A stretch of 64,000 nucleotides of DNA, taken from positions 88,042,001-88,106,000 of the forward strand of contig NW_024704742.1 of NCBI RefSeq assembly GCF_018977255.1, read 5' to 3'. The position numbers and the translations under genes are program-made. This document shows, piece by piece, positions 1-12,520 of this stretch (position 1 is the stretch's first letter; every line of letters starts with the position of its first letter). The notes under the pieces are model-generated. The model did not search any database. It saw only the letters and a program-made list of their open reading frames with translations, and was not told the origin of the DNA. The DNA comes from Callorhinchus milii (taxonomy: Eukaryota).

Positions 1-156
1 AATAATGCCTTTCATATTAGAGGATGTCTCAAAGCACTTCACACAGCCTATTGGCAGCCCAAACTTGGGTGCAGAGCTGAGGAAGAATGAGGGGGAAAAG
101 TGATTAAAAAACTAGTTGAAAAGGAGTTTTAAAGGGAGGGAGTTTTAGAGAGCAGA

Positions 157-1130
157 GTTTTTTTTTGGTCAGCCAGGTGTCTGACACACGTGGAAACCCA
201 TCACCATGCTTAAGAGTCTTCAAACCAAACTGAACGCTCCATGCATCCCACCTACACATGGAAATTCCAAAGCTGTTTATTAGAATGGAATATGCACTCT
301 CTCCCTGGAGACATACATCCTGCTTACCTAATTCTAGAAAGTATTGGGCCAGGTTGGTAAGAGCCAAGGCTTGGGGAGTCAAGAGTGTGCATTGTGGTAC
401 AGCTAAAACCGCATAGCTTGCCATTCAAAGAACTGTCTGGCAAGCTTTCTCACTGCCAGTCCGTGTAGGATCACCCTCTCCATTAGGGCTTTGCTTGCAG
501 GGTTAACAGGAGCTGAGTGGGATGAATTCCTGCCCCCAGTTTCCCCTCCAATTGCCGCTGATGAGTCAGGCTGACTGGGCTGTCATTAGCATTGTCCTAG
601 AGCCAGTTCAGCTTCAAGGAGACCCCGCTTACCTCCTTTCCAAGGAGTTGGTTATTTGAAATCGGGTAAGTGCAGGTTTGAACCCTCATTGGTGGATGTT
701 AGGTACCAGGAATTCCCAGTGAGCTTCCCAGTGGGCAACACAGCTCAGCATGAAATGTGTGACAGCATTGCCACCATCTTCCTGTTCCCAGCTCAGACAC
801 ATATCCCTTTCCATTGAGCGAATGTTCCACCAGTTGAAAACGCAGAGCTTCACAGTAGCTGCTTACCTCTTTGCAAACCAATTAAGGTGGATTCCAGGCG
901 CTGCACGTAAAAAATGCATGTTCATGAACTCAAAGATTCTACGTAATTCCTTCTAGCATCTGTCACCCCAAGCCTCAAAGTTTCCTCATCAACTATGTGA
1001 AGGAGATCTCTGCATTCAGCGTAGTGGGAGGACCTTTACAGGACAGCTTGTGACGTAGCACCCACATTGATGTTCTCAAGGTCCAAGCTAATGTGGGCAT
1101 AGAATTGCTAAAAGCTCGCCACTACAACTT
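157..1130 (-). mobile_element. 3' part (ORF C-terminus, 3' UTR, poly-A) of the same non-L2/non-CR1 LINE family as 43229-46480
   Basis: Poly-T at ~157-166 is followed by GGTCAGCCAGGTGTCTGACA...GGAAACCCATCAC, matching 43229-43620. 1034-1088 matches 43635-43690. The minus strand reads ..CLSWEQEDGGNAVTHFMLSC.., a degenerate Cx2Cx9Hx4C knuckle. Confidence 0.75.
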
Positions 1131-1956
1131 CTTAAATGTAGCATATCCTGAACCATTACGATTTTATTCCCAGACTGACGCTAATGGAAAATGTTTCAAT
1201 CAAGCTTAAAAATCAATTTCTTTTCACAGAGAAGACTAAGAGCCTGAGCTGGGGGCACGGGGTGCTCAAAAAGTGTGGGTGGGGAAGACGAGTGGAAAGA
1301 AATGCTGGCTGCACATTACTAGAATTTAACAACACCTAGACCTAGGACCTGACCGTGATTTGGGTGGAACATTTTAGAATGGCAGTGAATGTGCTTGAGC
1401 AGGCAATCACTGCCCATTTTAAGAGCAATATGTTTAAATCTTGTTGATTTGATTCCCAAACCAATTTCTTTATAGAAACAAACAGTACTTATTCTCCTGT
1501 GGTACTTAGAGTAGAAATTTCCTCCAATGATAGATAATGGTAATAATTATTTGGATTTATAATTGTAATGATTATTATTATGGTAATTTTAATAAACCCA
1601 CTAGAATCACAATTTGGGAGAGGTTACCCTGAATTGACAAGAAAAGGAATTCAAAAGCTGGATTCTTGTAAAACATAGACAAACACACACTATGCATGTC
1701 TGTCAAGACACCAGACTGACCACAAACCATTAAAACAGCAATTAAGAGCGTAGAAAAAACAGAGTACTATTTCACTGAAATACCCAGTTTTCTATCTCAC
1801 ACACCCATGGCATTCCACTCTTCCTGATGTGTACTCTGTTTGCATAACCACTGGGGAACTATTTGTTTTTAAATAAAACAATTTAAAGTTTCACAAAAAA
1901 GGATGGCAAAAAGCAAAGCTTGAAAAGTACTTTAATGAGATCTGCTGTCACGCAAG

Positions 1957-4415
1957 TTGGATGTCACTATTACCGACAAGGCCATCTCTGACCACTACTT
2001 CATCTCCTTCACCTCCTCCACCCCCCTCCCCACCTCCACCAGACCCACCACCATCTTCTACCGCCCTTGGAAGAAGTTACCCCCACAATCCCTAACCGAT
2101 GCCTTGGAGTCCTCTGAACTCCTCTCCCTCTGGCCTTCAACCCTCACCGACCCCTCTTCTCCTCTCTCCCTCCTCCACAATACCCTCTCCTCCACACTCG
2201 ATACTCTTGCCCCCATCACTTCCCGCACTGTCTCCTACTCCCGCTCCTCCCCCTGGTACACCACCCACCTCCGCTCACTGAAAAGCCAGGTGCGGGCTGC
2301 TGAACGCACCTGTCTCAAATCTGGCCTAACGGTCCACCGACAAATCTGGCTGGACCTCCTCAAAATTTACCGCTCCACTCTAGCCTCGGCCAAGTCGTCC
2401 TTCTACTCCAGGATAATCCTGGAGGCGAAGAACAACCCCAGGCTACTGTTTTCCACCACAACCCGACTCCTCCGTCCCCCCCGCCACCCCGCGCAGGTCA
2501 TCTCCTCCAACCTTCACTGCGAGGAGATGCTGGATTTCCTTGAATCCAAGATCAAGGGAATCCGCTCCGCGGTCACTTCCCCTCCAACTTCCACCCACCA
2601 CCCACCCCTTCCCTCCCACACTCCGACTCCTACCCATCCTCCCCTACACACCTTCGTACCCGTTTCCCCACCCTCTGTCACTGAACTCATCCTATCCCTA
2701 AAACCAACCACCTGCTCCCTTGACCCCATCCCCACTCCACTCCTTATCTCCCAGCTCCACTTTCTTGCCCCACATATCACTGACATCATCAACCTGTCCC
2801 TCTCCTCTGGCTCTGTCCCCATTCCATTAAAAACTGCCATCATCACGCCCACCCTGAAAAAACCCTCCCTTGATGCGTCGCAGCTATCAAGCTACCGGCC
2901 CATCTCCAACCTCCCCTTTCTCTCCAAGGTCTTGGAAAGAGTTGTCGCCTCCCAACTGCGCTCTTTCCTTTCCACCCATTCTCTTTTCGAACCCCTTCAG
3001 TCAGGTTTCCGTGCTGCCCATAGCACAGAAACTGCCCTGGTCAAGGTCACCAATGATATCCTGACCATCTGTGACCAGGGCTCCCTCTGTCTCCTCGTCC
3101 TCCTCGACCTATCGGCAGCATTCGATACGGTCGACCACGCTATCCTACTCCACCGCTTGTCCTCCCACCTCAACCTTCAAGGCACTGTCCTTGAATGGTT
3201 TAGGTCGTACCTTTCTCACCGTCTTCACTTTGTCTCGACGAATGGCTTCTCCTCCACCCCCCGTACTGTCTCATGTGGTGTCCCTCAGGGCTCTGTCCTC
3301 GGTCCCCTCCTCTTCACCCTCTATATGCTCCCCCTCGGTGACATCATCCGCAGACATGGGTTAACTTCCACATGTATGCGGATGACACCCAACTCTACCT
3401 TTCCTCCTCTACTCTCAACTCCACGACCACCGATGTCCTGACAGCTGCCTGTCCGACATCGAGTCCTGGACGAGAGACAACTTTCTTCAGCTCAACGTGC
3501 GAAAAACCGAGGCCCTCCTGATTGGCTCACGTCAGCGCCTCCGCACCTCAGGCGCTGACACCATCAGCATCCAAGGCTGCACTCTCCACCTCTCAAAGCC
3601 AGTCAGGAACCTCGGCGTTTTGTTCGACCCTGAGCTGTCCTTTCTCCCTCACATCCGCACCACAACTGGCACCGCCTTCCATCACCTCCGGAACATCGCC
3701 AGACTACGGCACTACCTCACCCCTCACGCTGCTGAAACCCTGGTTCACGCCTTTGTCACCTCAAGGCTGGACTATGGGAACTCTCTCCTCGCCGGCCTTC
3801 CCGGCACCTCCCTCCACAAGCTGCAGGTCATTCAGAACTCTGCAGCTCGTGTACTGTCCCGCACCAGGCTTCGGGACCACATCACTCCCACCCTCGCTCG
3901 CCTCCACTGGCTCCCCATCCCCCAGAGGATTGATTTCAAGATCCTCATCCTCACCTACAAGGCCATTCACGGCCTTGCTCCCTCCTACCTCTCCAACCTA
4001 CTATCCCCCTACCTACCTGCCCGTACCCTCCGTTCCTCTGGCTCCGGTCTGCTCCACGTCCCCCGCCCCAACCGCCCTACCATCGGTGGTCGGGCCTTCA
4101 GCCTCTCAGCCCCAGGCTCTGGAACTCCATCCCCCAGTGCCTTCGCCGCCTCCTCCCTTTCCTCCTTCAAGGCCGGTCTCAAAACCTTTCTCTTTGACCG
4201 TGCCTTCAGCTCCCCTCTCGACTCTCTTCCCCCTCCTCGCTCCCTCCCTTCCCTCCCCTCACCCTGACCATTTCCCCCCTCCTTGCTCCCTCCCTTCCCT
4301 CCCCTCACCCTGACCATTTCCCCCCTGCTCGGGTCATGACCCAACTGTGTAGCGCCTTGGGACGTCCTCCTGACGTGAAAGGCGCTTTATAAATGGAATC
4401 TTGTTGTTGTTGTTG
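1957..4415 (+). mobile_element. 5'-truncated L2-clade LINE, ORF2 (end of endonuclease + RT) with frameshifts
   Basis: ORFs 1957-3441 and 3497-4267 carry [50 protein letters not shown] and LHWLP. YADD lies out of frame at 3375-3386. A pyrimidine-rich 3' UTR ends GCGCCTTGGGACGTCCTCCTGACGTGAAAGGCGCTTTATAAATG..(TTG)n. Confidence 0.95.
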
Positions 4416-5398
4416 CTGGGACTGACTAACTGCTACCTTGAAATCTTGTAGAGATAAGAATTACACAAGGTCAGCACATCAGAAATATTACTGTTATCAC
4501 AATTGAGTCTCAGAGCCAGATAAATGTGGCTTTATCCAAAAGTCAGAATAGGCATTTCACACTAGCAGGTACAGAAAGGAATTCCCACTTGTTACTTTAA
4601 TTGCAGTGAAGTGTAAGCACGACACTAGTACTGCAAAACAACAACAATTTACATTTATATAGCGCCTTTCACATCGCTTCACACAGCTGACAGGAACATC
4701 TGAACATGGAAGACACCTAATAGTAATAAGAAGTGCAAGTATTCACAGTCTTGCTGCCATCAGATTGTGTGAATAAACTACTCATCACACTAAAACGACA
4801 AAATATAATCTAGGTGGATGCATCCAAATGCCTCTCGTCTAAATTACCGTGGCTCTAAATCACAAATACGTGACTTATTCTAGAGTACAGTGACCTCATA
4901 CGCAATACACCATTGCTGTTTTTTGGGTGCAGGTTGGCAAGAGCCAAGGCTTGGGGACCCCAGGGTCTTTGTTGTAGTGACCTGTTCATAACTCCTGGTC
5001 ACTGCCTTTCCATGGGAACAAGCTACATGGTTCCCATTTGGTTTGCCTTGCCAACTGATTCACTGTACATGTTTTTCTCAAATAAACATGTCTTTGCTAG
5101 AATATTTTCCCCATTTTGACAATGGGAGTATATTCTGCCACACAATGGTATGGAGTGAATTTAAAGAAACTCTCACAATAATTGTATCAGGGACGCGGAA
5201 GAGGAACCCTAATTTATATCTCAAGGTCCAATTGGTCTCATCTAGGGCTGATGCTAGCACTAGACATGGTCAACTTATAATATACCTGGCGCTCCACTAA
5301 TTGGCTATTTTTTCAATGTTTATCAACAAAATATAACTGGCTCTTTCAAAAATATTAAGAATGGCCCTTGAAATATTCTTGGGATGGTTTGCATAATA

Positions 5399-5495
5399 AC
5401 TAATAATCCTTGCATTTGATATAGCGCCTTATCACATCTTCGAGGCGTTTCAAAGCGCTTCACAGAATATACTGTAAAGTGAATTGACTGTATAT
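5399..5495 (-). mobile_element. 3' fragment of the tRNA/CORE/Deu/L2-tail SINE
   Basis: Reverse complement of CAGTCAATTCACTTTACAGTATATTCTGTGAAGCGCTTTG...CTATATCAAATGCAAGGATTATTA. Confidence 0.85.
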
Positions 5496-5904
5496 ATTTT
5501 TGTGACTATATATACATGTATATATGTGTATGTATATGCATACACATATCACTTGATTTGTTGATATTCTATATTTTGCTGCACTGAAACATTGACCTTC
5601 ACAATGTGAACAGCAACAGGTCAAGTCCAAATAAACTTTTCCATTGCTCACTCTTATTGTGGAGATTGGTGTTTGAGTTCCTTGACAAATAGGATGTCGA
5701 CTTAACTCAGTTGGTACCTTCAGTCCTGTGAAACAGCATTCAAATTATTCAAATGCTTTCGAAAATTATAAACTCAGGGGATATCTAGGGACCAGACAAC
5801 GTGGCAGGAAAATTCTTTACAATAAAAAGATCTGGCTGAAAGTGTGTGTGTGTGTAGGGGGGGGGGGGGGGGGGGGTTGGAATGAGGGTCGGGTTCAGAT
5901 GTAT

Positions 5905-6607
5905 GGCCAGCCTTTAGAAATGGCTGGAAAAATTTTATGTTTCATACCACATTTTGATAACTCATTTGATAATCTCTTATGAAAGATGAAAATTTTCCAC
6001 TACACTGTTTCCTTAAAACATACTATGTACCCTTGCTGCTTACTGAAGTGATTGAACGCCAACACTGTACTGATATGACTGCTACATATGACTTATTATT
6101 TGCTCTTTTTAATCCCTGTTCAAATCCAAAGGAATATGAGAATTGTCAGGGAGATAAGTAGCTGATTGCCACCAGCCTCAGACTGAAGAGTCTGGCTCAT
6201 GGGAGCACACCTTATTAGCTTATCGTCAGGTCAGCACACGTCTTTGGTGCCTGGAGAAAAGGAAATATTTCAGCTTCAGTATCTCAACCTGAGATTGCTA
6301 CACCAGTGCTGCATTGCCACTGCCATGCTCTCTCTACCTTAGTGTGTTTGTCATATACACATTTGTACAGAGTGAGGAGGAGTTGAGAAGAAGGGCGATG
6401 GAAAATTATTTTAAAATGATTGTTGTAGTAAAAAGAGCAAATAATAAGTCACATGTAGCAGTCATATCAGTACAGTGTTGATTTTCAATCACGTCAGTAG
6501 TAAGGATGCCGAGTATGTTTTATATAAGCATTGGGGCGGAAACATTTGATTTTTCATAACAGATTTGATAACACATTCGATAATTATCAATTTTTCAAAG
6601 CCTGGCA
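5905..6607. repeat. Long inverted repeat (arms ~5955-6111 and 6429-6590), probable old MITE/foldback element
   Basis: 6060-6111 equals the reverse complement of 6429-6480 at 51 of 52 positions. Outer arms align more loosely (AATCTCTTATGAAAGATG vs AATCTGTTATGAAAAATC; TAAAACATACT in both). Confidence 0.8.
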
Positions 6608-6959
6608 TCTATAAGCTAAATTTAGAACTGCTTTCAAATCTGCATCAGGACTTGGTTGCTTTTATTCTGAACAATGCTGCACATAATTTGGTACTGTTCA
6701 GATGGTGCATTTCAACTCTAAACAGACAACCATAGTATGGTCGTGTTATAAACATGGCTGTAGAGTAATTCTGGATCTTTGCTGCTTTGTTTCAAACAGT
6801 TAAGATTGATGAGATGAATGTAATTAACATGAAACAACCCTGAATCAACCTGAAACTTACAACAAATCACTGTGATTACCACCTAAAGGAATAAATGTTT
6901 TATTAAAATTGAAGGGACCTATGATGGTGTAGGTGATGATCTTACCATCCCACTGCAAC

Positions 6960-7345
6960 AACCTGTATTTGTATAGTTCTCTTCATATGGAGAGTGCTGA
7001 ACAATGGTGTAGTTTGACGCTGAGGAGAGAGGGGTGTTAACTGTAGGCACGGTCTAAGAGAAAAGTATTCAGGTATGATATGAAGATGGGCAGAGAGGGG
7101 ACAAGGTAGAGGGGTTAAGGCAGGTGTTCCAAAGGTTCTGGATATAGTGGCTAATATCATGGCTCCCAAAGGTAGTCTGGAGGAATTGAATGACACAGAG
7201 AAGGCCCGAGCTGGCTGAGTGAAGGCCCTGGTAGAGCAGACGGGTATGAGCAGGTTGCAGAGATAGGGAGGTGCTCAGGATGTTGAAATCGATGAGTTCT
7301 TTGACAAGGAGACAGTGGAGTTTGGCAAGGACTGGGGCTCTGGGA
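6960..7345 (-). mobile_element. Old L2 3' fragment
   Basis: Reverse complement has the CCTTGCCAAACTCCACTG (LHW region) motif, a pyrimidine-rich UTR and a ...TATACAAATACAGGTTGTTG tail. Confidence 0.65.
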
Positions 7346-7884
7346 AGTCTGGTGTAGGGGAAGTGTTGGTTGGGGATCAGGGTCTTAACCTCTAAAATCA
7401 GGGTCTTAACCTCAGCTCACAGGAAAAGAATGAAGAATCATGTGTCAAAAAGTAAAATTAGACTGATAGCATTCTGCACATAGCCCAGTAGATTGAAACA
7501 AAGGGATAACATTATCAGTGTTCAAAAACTATCAATTAGTTTATTTTGCTGCAATTATTAGTACCAAGCTAAAGATTGCAAGATTCACACAAAACAAAAT
7601 GTGTGCTAACTTTCTCACCCCTCAGTTCTATTTTTGATGTTGTAAAGCTTTACTTTAAATTATAGGCCCTAGAGCTTGGTTTATTTTTTCTTTCGTTTAA
7701 TAATTGTTAGGCCAGAACTGCCCGAGTGCAGCTAAATTTGCATTTTCACCTGTTCAGAAATTTGTTCTTGGGCCAAGCTGAAGGTCTTGTCTGAATCGTT
7801 ACCTTTTGCTCAGAAATGTAATCCCCCAGCTCAGTCATTCATAAAATCCAATGAAATGAAAACTCCCCACCCATATTAAACTCT

Positions 7885-8252
7885 GCACCCGAACACCCCA
7901 GTCTTTGCCAAGCTCCACTGGCTCCCTATTGCAAAACAGATTTCTAGGTTCTTACACACACGTACAAATCACCTAATGCCCTGGCACTTTCTTACCTCTC
8001 TGACCCGCTTATTCCCCACTCCTTCATTCAGCTGGGTCTGCCCTCCAGTATGTCACTTTGTCCCTTCCACCATGCTTTCAGCTACTATGCCCCAAGACTC
8101 TGGAGCTCTCTGGCTCATCACTTCCACCTTGCCAGTCTTCATATCTTAAGACCTCCCCTCTCTCTGTCTGGTGCAGTATCAAGCTCCTCCACTGTTAAGT
8201 GCTCCGAGATGCCAACCCCCACGAAAGAGTATATAAATACCAGTTGTTGTTG
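7885..8252 (+). mobile_element. Old L2 3' fragment
   Basis: CTCCACTGGCTCCC (LHWLP), GCTTTCAGCTACTATGCCCCAAGACTCTGGAGC (AFSYYAPRLWS) and TATATAAATACCAGTTGTTGTTG tail. Confidence 0.7.
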
Positions 8253-8532
8253 TAATTTGTACAGTATAATTGTGCTTATAGTGCTTAGCCATTTGCAGAT
8301 TGTGACAATATTAATTGCAAATCAAGCCACTATTTAGCGTTTGTAAAAACACAACTTGTTTGCAATTGAACTCACAAGAAACTGAAGTCACCGATCTCTT
8401 GGCTGATGACACATTTTTTTCAATCTCCATCCTGGTACACAACATATGACTATAGAGCCCAGTATAATAGAGGGCATGAAAAATCAATTTAAAAAAATAA
8501 CATTAATAGTACAGCACACTGTTGGTCAGGTG

Positions 8533-8940
8533 TCAGACAGCCTGGCACAGTTGGTAGCACTCTCAAATCTGAGTCAGAAGGCTGTGCCTTCGAGTCCCAC
8601 ATCAGGACGTTTCACTCAAAGTCTAGGCTGACACTCCAATGCAATGCTGGAGCATGTTGCATTTTGGAGGTTAAACCAAGATGCAATGTTAAACCAAGGT
8701 CCCATTGTAAAATTGTCCCATTGAACATTAAGGTTCCCATGACAATATTCGAAAAGAGAAGGAAGTTTCTCACGAACAACAATCCCCTAAATAAAACGTA
8801 TTCACTTCATGGATGTTTGTGGGACATTGTTGTGTGCAAATTGTTTGCCTGCAAAATACAGTTACTGCATACACTCTACAGTAAATACTGTGAAGCCCTT
8901 TGAGGCGATATAGCAAATGAAATAATAATTATTATAATTA
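8533..8940 (+). mobile_element. Old tRNA-head DeuSINE (SacSINE1-like)
   Basis: Head CAGTTGGTAGCACTCT..CTGAGTCAGAAGG..TTCGAGTCCC, middle GTTAAACCAAGGTCCC..CCCATGACAATATTCGAA, Deu box TGTTTGTGGGACATTGTTGTGTGCAAATTG, L2-like tail. Confidence 0.75.
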
Positions 8941-9260
8941 CCTAAAGAACTATCTTCCATTAAAAGCTTTCGCAACAATAAGTTATATTTTTCTAGATGG
9001 CTGTGCTTGTTTTATTTAATCTATGCAGTATAGTATATGTAGCAACAGGAATTATTGGTATATGAAAAGTGCATATATCCTACTGTGTGCATCTTGCTTG
9101 AAACAACAGTGGCACATGTTTCTGAGGCGCTTGATCATACTGTCCAATACAATAACATGCTGTGCCTTTACTGATTTTTTTCATTTATGCAAACACAAGT
9201 TGAATAGTATGCTGGTAGGAAAGCCATTTATTCATTCAAAATGCATTATGCAAAACCCAC

Positions 9261-9584
9261 TTCCTGAGAGAGACAACACTGCTGGTAATGTGGGTTCCGT
9301 TTGCAGTTCACCATATGCTTCAGTGAAGCACTCAATCCTTGAGCCAAATTTTCAGTTTCAGTGGTGATGTAGTCAGTACAAAAACGAGACACACCGTCAT
9401 CCAAAGAAACTTGATCGATTTTACTCTTGTCATCGTCCTTGGCTAATCCAGCTGTCAGGTGTGTCAGAGCAACAGATGCTGGTTTGATAAAAAGCCTCTT
9501 TATTCTAGCTAATTGAAGAGTTACGCATACCCCTCGATTAATGGTCTCACTTTGTGTGTAGTTTACTGGATGACTCGCTTGACT
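9261..9584 (-). CDS. Candidate 324-bp internal coding exon (phase 0-0) of an unidentified host gene
   Basis: Acceptor cttctttcctgtgccgtatttgcaccAG and donor GAA|GTgggt flank 108 open codons (SQASHPVNY...YQQCCLSQE). The other two frames stop early. Non-repetitive sequence, but no recognised homology. Confidence 0.4.
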
Positions 9585-9857
9585 CTGGTGCAAATACGGC
9601 ACAGGAAAGAAGTTTAATTAACCCTGTTAATTCCCTGTAAATACCGAGCAATTCAGCTGCTAAATGGGACAACATTCATATTTCTTCATTTAACTGATGG
9701 AACACCAGCAATACTGTAAGTGGGTGGATCTTCTCTTCTCTATTGCTGGAACTAACAATAATCCACATCACCTTGGCTCCAAAGAGAGGTATTCACCATT
9801 ATACTTTCAATGGAAAAATGTGACAGTGCTTTCAGTCATATTTAAAAACATAATTTA

Positions 9858-10141
9858 CAAGCGAGAGACCTGAGTTCAATTCCAGGCAGGGCGAGACCTT
9901 GGGCAAATTTCCTTACTCCACATCCCTAATAATAATCCCTCCAAAACCAAAAACAATAATAAATTGGTCATTTTCAATCTATGACTGTTTGTGGGACATT
10001 GCTGTGCGCAATTGGCTGCCGCGTTCGCCCACAAATATGCAGTCAATTCACTTTACAGTATATTCTGTGAAGCGCTTTGGGACGTCTAAAAGACGTGAAA
10101 AGCGCCAAATCAAATGCAAGGATTATTATTATTATTATTAT
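9858..10141 (+). mobile_element. tRNA/CORE/Deu/L2-tail SINE, short subfamily, 5'-truncated
   Basis: Near-identical to 54828-55150 from the anticodon arm onward; (ATT)n tail. Confidence 0.93.
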
Positions 10142-11019
10142 TCCTCTCCTACCTACTCCCCCCAGCTCCCACTCCTAGCTTCAATGACCAGCCAGAATTG
10201 TTAAGGTCTTTGGAGCATCCTCCAGTTGTGAAAAGCACTATATAATGTATATTGCATTGCATTTTCTTTCTAGCTTGTGACTCCACTCTTCCAAAGTCAT
10301 TGACTCACGCTGGAGTACTGTACATATGCACAAGTCCTGGGCTGTCCAATATTTTGCACAAGAGGTCATCTGTTCTACAAGAGCAGGTCCGACACTATTG
10401 GATTATGAAAGGCATTGTAGCAAAACCTGTTCTTGGGCATATGATTTGTGGGTTTATATTTGCTCCAAATTTGGGTCATGCAAATAGTGGAGTATTTAGG
10501 TATCCAGATATTGTGCGAGTTGAGTAAACAAATGTACATAGAAGGTGCCCTTAATAATGAACAACCAATTAAAACAATTATTCTTTATATAATTAACCAA
10601 TTTGTTAATTGATTGATTAATAATGACATATTTATTAGCACCTGTTTACAAAATGCATAATAGATCCCAGTGTCTCACAAAGCTAAAAGATAGTTCAATT
10701 TTATTGAGTTATAGACAAATTGTGAAAATTCAGGTATAAACAGGGGAAGGAAAAGGATATCTTGACCGAGTCAGAATATATTTCTGATAAGAGTGTGGAA
10801 AATAACAGAGATTAGTTTTCTACACAACACACCTCCAGTAACTAAAATAAATCCAAACCATAGTAAACCTTTACAAGGTGACATCCACAGAGCACACAAG
10901 CTACATTTGGCCAGGCTCATAATGTCAACAGTCCTTGCATTCAAATCGAATAAAGACAATTTGATTTCTTCTTGAGGCAAAGTAAAAACTCCCCGATGCT
11001 TCAGTATGTAAATTCACTA

Positions 11020-11320
11020 TAGGTGTGGTACTGAGCCATGCCCTTCTGGGACCTGCGAACATCAGCAACTGTGCTATACAATGATAGATCAAGACTTGAA
11101 TTATGTCCTTCAAAGGAGACGTTAAACCAAGGTCCAATTGCCTGTTCAGCTGGAAGGTAAAGATCCCATGGCACTAATCGAAAAGAGAAGAGTGTTCTGG
11201 CCAACAATTCACAAGATGAAATTCACATTATAGCTGGGATATTGCTGTGTACAAACTGGGTGTCACTTTCGCTTGCAAGATACAGTAACTACACTTTACA
11301 GTAAATCCTGTGAAGCGCTC
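11020..11320 (+). mobile_element. Old DeuSINE
   Basis: GAGACGTTAAACCAAGGTCC...TAAAGATCCCATGGCACTAATCGAAAAGAG...GGGATATTGCTGTGTACAAACTGG...CTGTGAAGCGCT. Confidence 0.7.
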
Positions 11321-12264
11321 AAGAGGGTAATCAATTTATGCATCAATCTGACCAATTACAGTACCCTCGGTTTACGGGACTCTGGGTATCCGGAAATCGT
11401 ACCGAGCTGAACTGGGCCCGAAACACAATTAAAAAACAAAACATTCTGTGGGCCCACGCACATGTAGACTCCTGTTGGCCACTTTCCTATCGTTACCCCC
11501 AGCCTCATCATGCTTGCTGGCCTTCAGTGAATTTTAACTTTGGACTCGATTTGATTCCTAAGAGGAGAAAATAGCTTATTCGCTATCTTCTGTTTACGGG
11601 ATTCAAACAATTTTGGTACTGGGATTTACCAGCGCTGAAACAAAATGGTGCCGAAAAAAGCCATTATCAGCGTTGAAATTGCAGCTGGACGGACCAGATC
11701 TGTCTCCGTCCCCTTTTTTGTGGCTAGCTGGGGTTTTAGTGTATATTCAGGAACTCTCCATGATACCCACTAAAAACAAAAAGGATCTCAGAAGGATACT
11801 GCAGGTTCCACTACACTGTGTCCTTCCCTCACCAAAGACCATGAGGAGCAACTGCTGCTTCTGCTCCTTAGAGATTTCCCTCTTACCTCCACTCCACTCT
11901 GGAACGTACCAGTTTAAGAGTCTCAGATTTGAGACTATTTTAACCTGCCACAGCACAATATAGTGTATTAGCTTACTTACACAACTATCAAGTGCTTCTA
12001 ATCTTGCAGAAAAATGTCATGCATTTTGCATTCCCTTAACTAATACCACTTGTTTATCCTTCACCTATAGAATAATTTAATTTTAATTAAAACTAACATG
12101 AGGATCTATTTGAAGACTTCGATAATCACAATTTTCTGGTAAAGATACTTTATGCAAACATTTTTCCAGATATGGTGAATTTTTCAAGAGAACTCTCCAA
12201 CTTTGATGAAACCCTTTCCCATTCATCTTTTCAAAACGATTTTCCTGAAATTTTCCTTGATCTA

Positions 12265-12520
12265 CTGTTTACTGCTTACCTAGCAGTAAGTAGGAACCCG
12301 GTTGTTAATCGATTGGCAGATCGCTTTTCCGGGGATAATAATACCTTAAAAAAAAGGTCACTCGATCCACGACTGTTCGTGGTGCACTGCTGTGCGCAAT
12401 TGGCTGCTGCGTTTCGTCCATAAAATATACTCACTTTACAGTATATTCTGTGACGCGCTTTGAGAGGTCTTGAAGATGTGATATGGCGCTATATCAAATG
12501 CAAGGATTATTAGTATTATC
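12265..12520 (+). mobile_element. SINE, long subfamily (extra CORE-like segment), 5'-truncated
   Basis: TTACCTAGCAGTAAGTAGGAACCCGGTTGTTAATCGATTGGC is shared with 37240, 54480 and 62818, followed by Deu box and L2 tail. Confidence 0.88.

Noticed and set aside
555..600. CTGATGAG (and CTGATAA..CGAAA at 51661) suggesting a hammerhead ribozyme
   Set aside because: No correctly placed GAAA or stems, and the motif is not kept across copies of the LINE UTR
1373..1422. Hairpin starting TGGCAGTG (miR-34/449 seed)
   Set aside because: Arms and loop are too short for a pre-miRNA and the rest does not match miR-34/449
3522..4344. Long Pro/Ser-rich and Gly/Arg-rich ORFs overlapping L2 copies (also 19750-20381, 34179-35009)
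   Set aside because: Alternative or antisense frames of C-rich L2 sequence
5842..5877. (TG)n plus poly-G run; also GA-rich tract 27600-27830
   Set aside because: Simple low-complexity sequence with no additional structure
9899..10204. Recurrent short ORFs ending ..KCKDYYYY
   Set aside because: Chance reading frames through the SINE consensus
12098..12244. Open minus-strand frame (ENRFEK..QIDPH) and neighbouring exon-like pieces at ~10309-10396, 10870-10971 and 12880-12997
   Set aside because: Weak splice sites, phases do not join consistently, no recognisable protein
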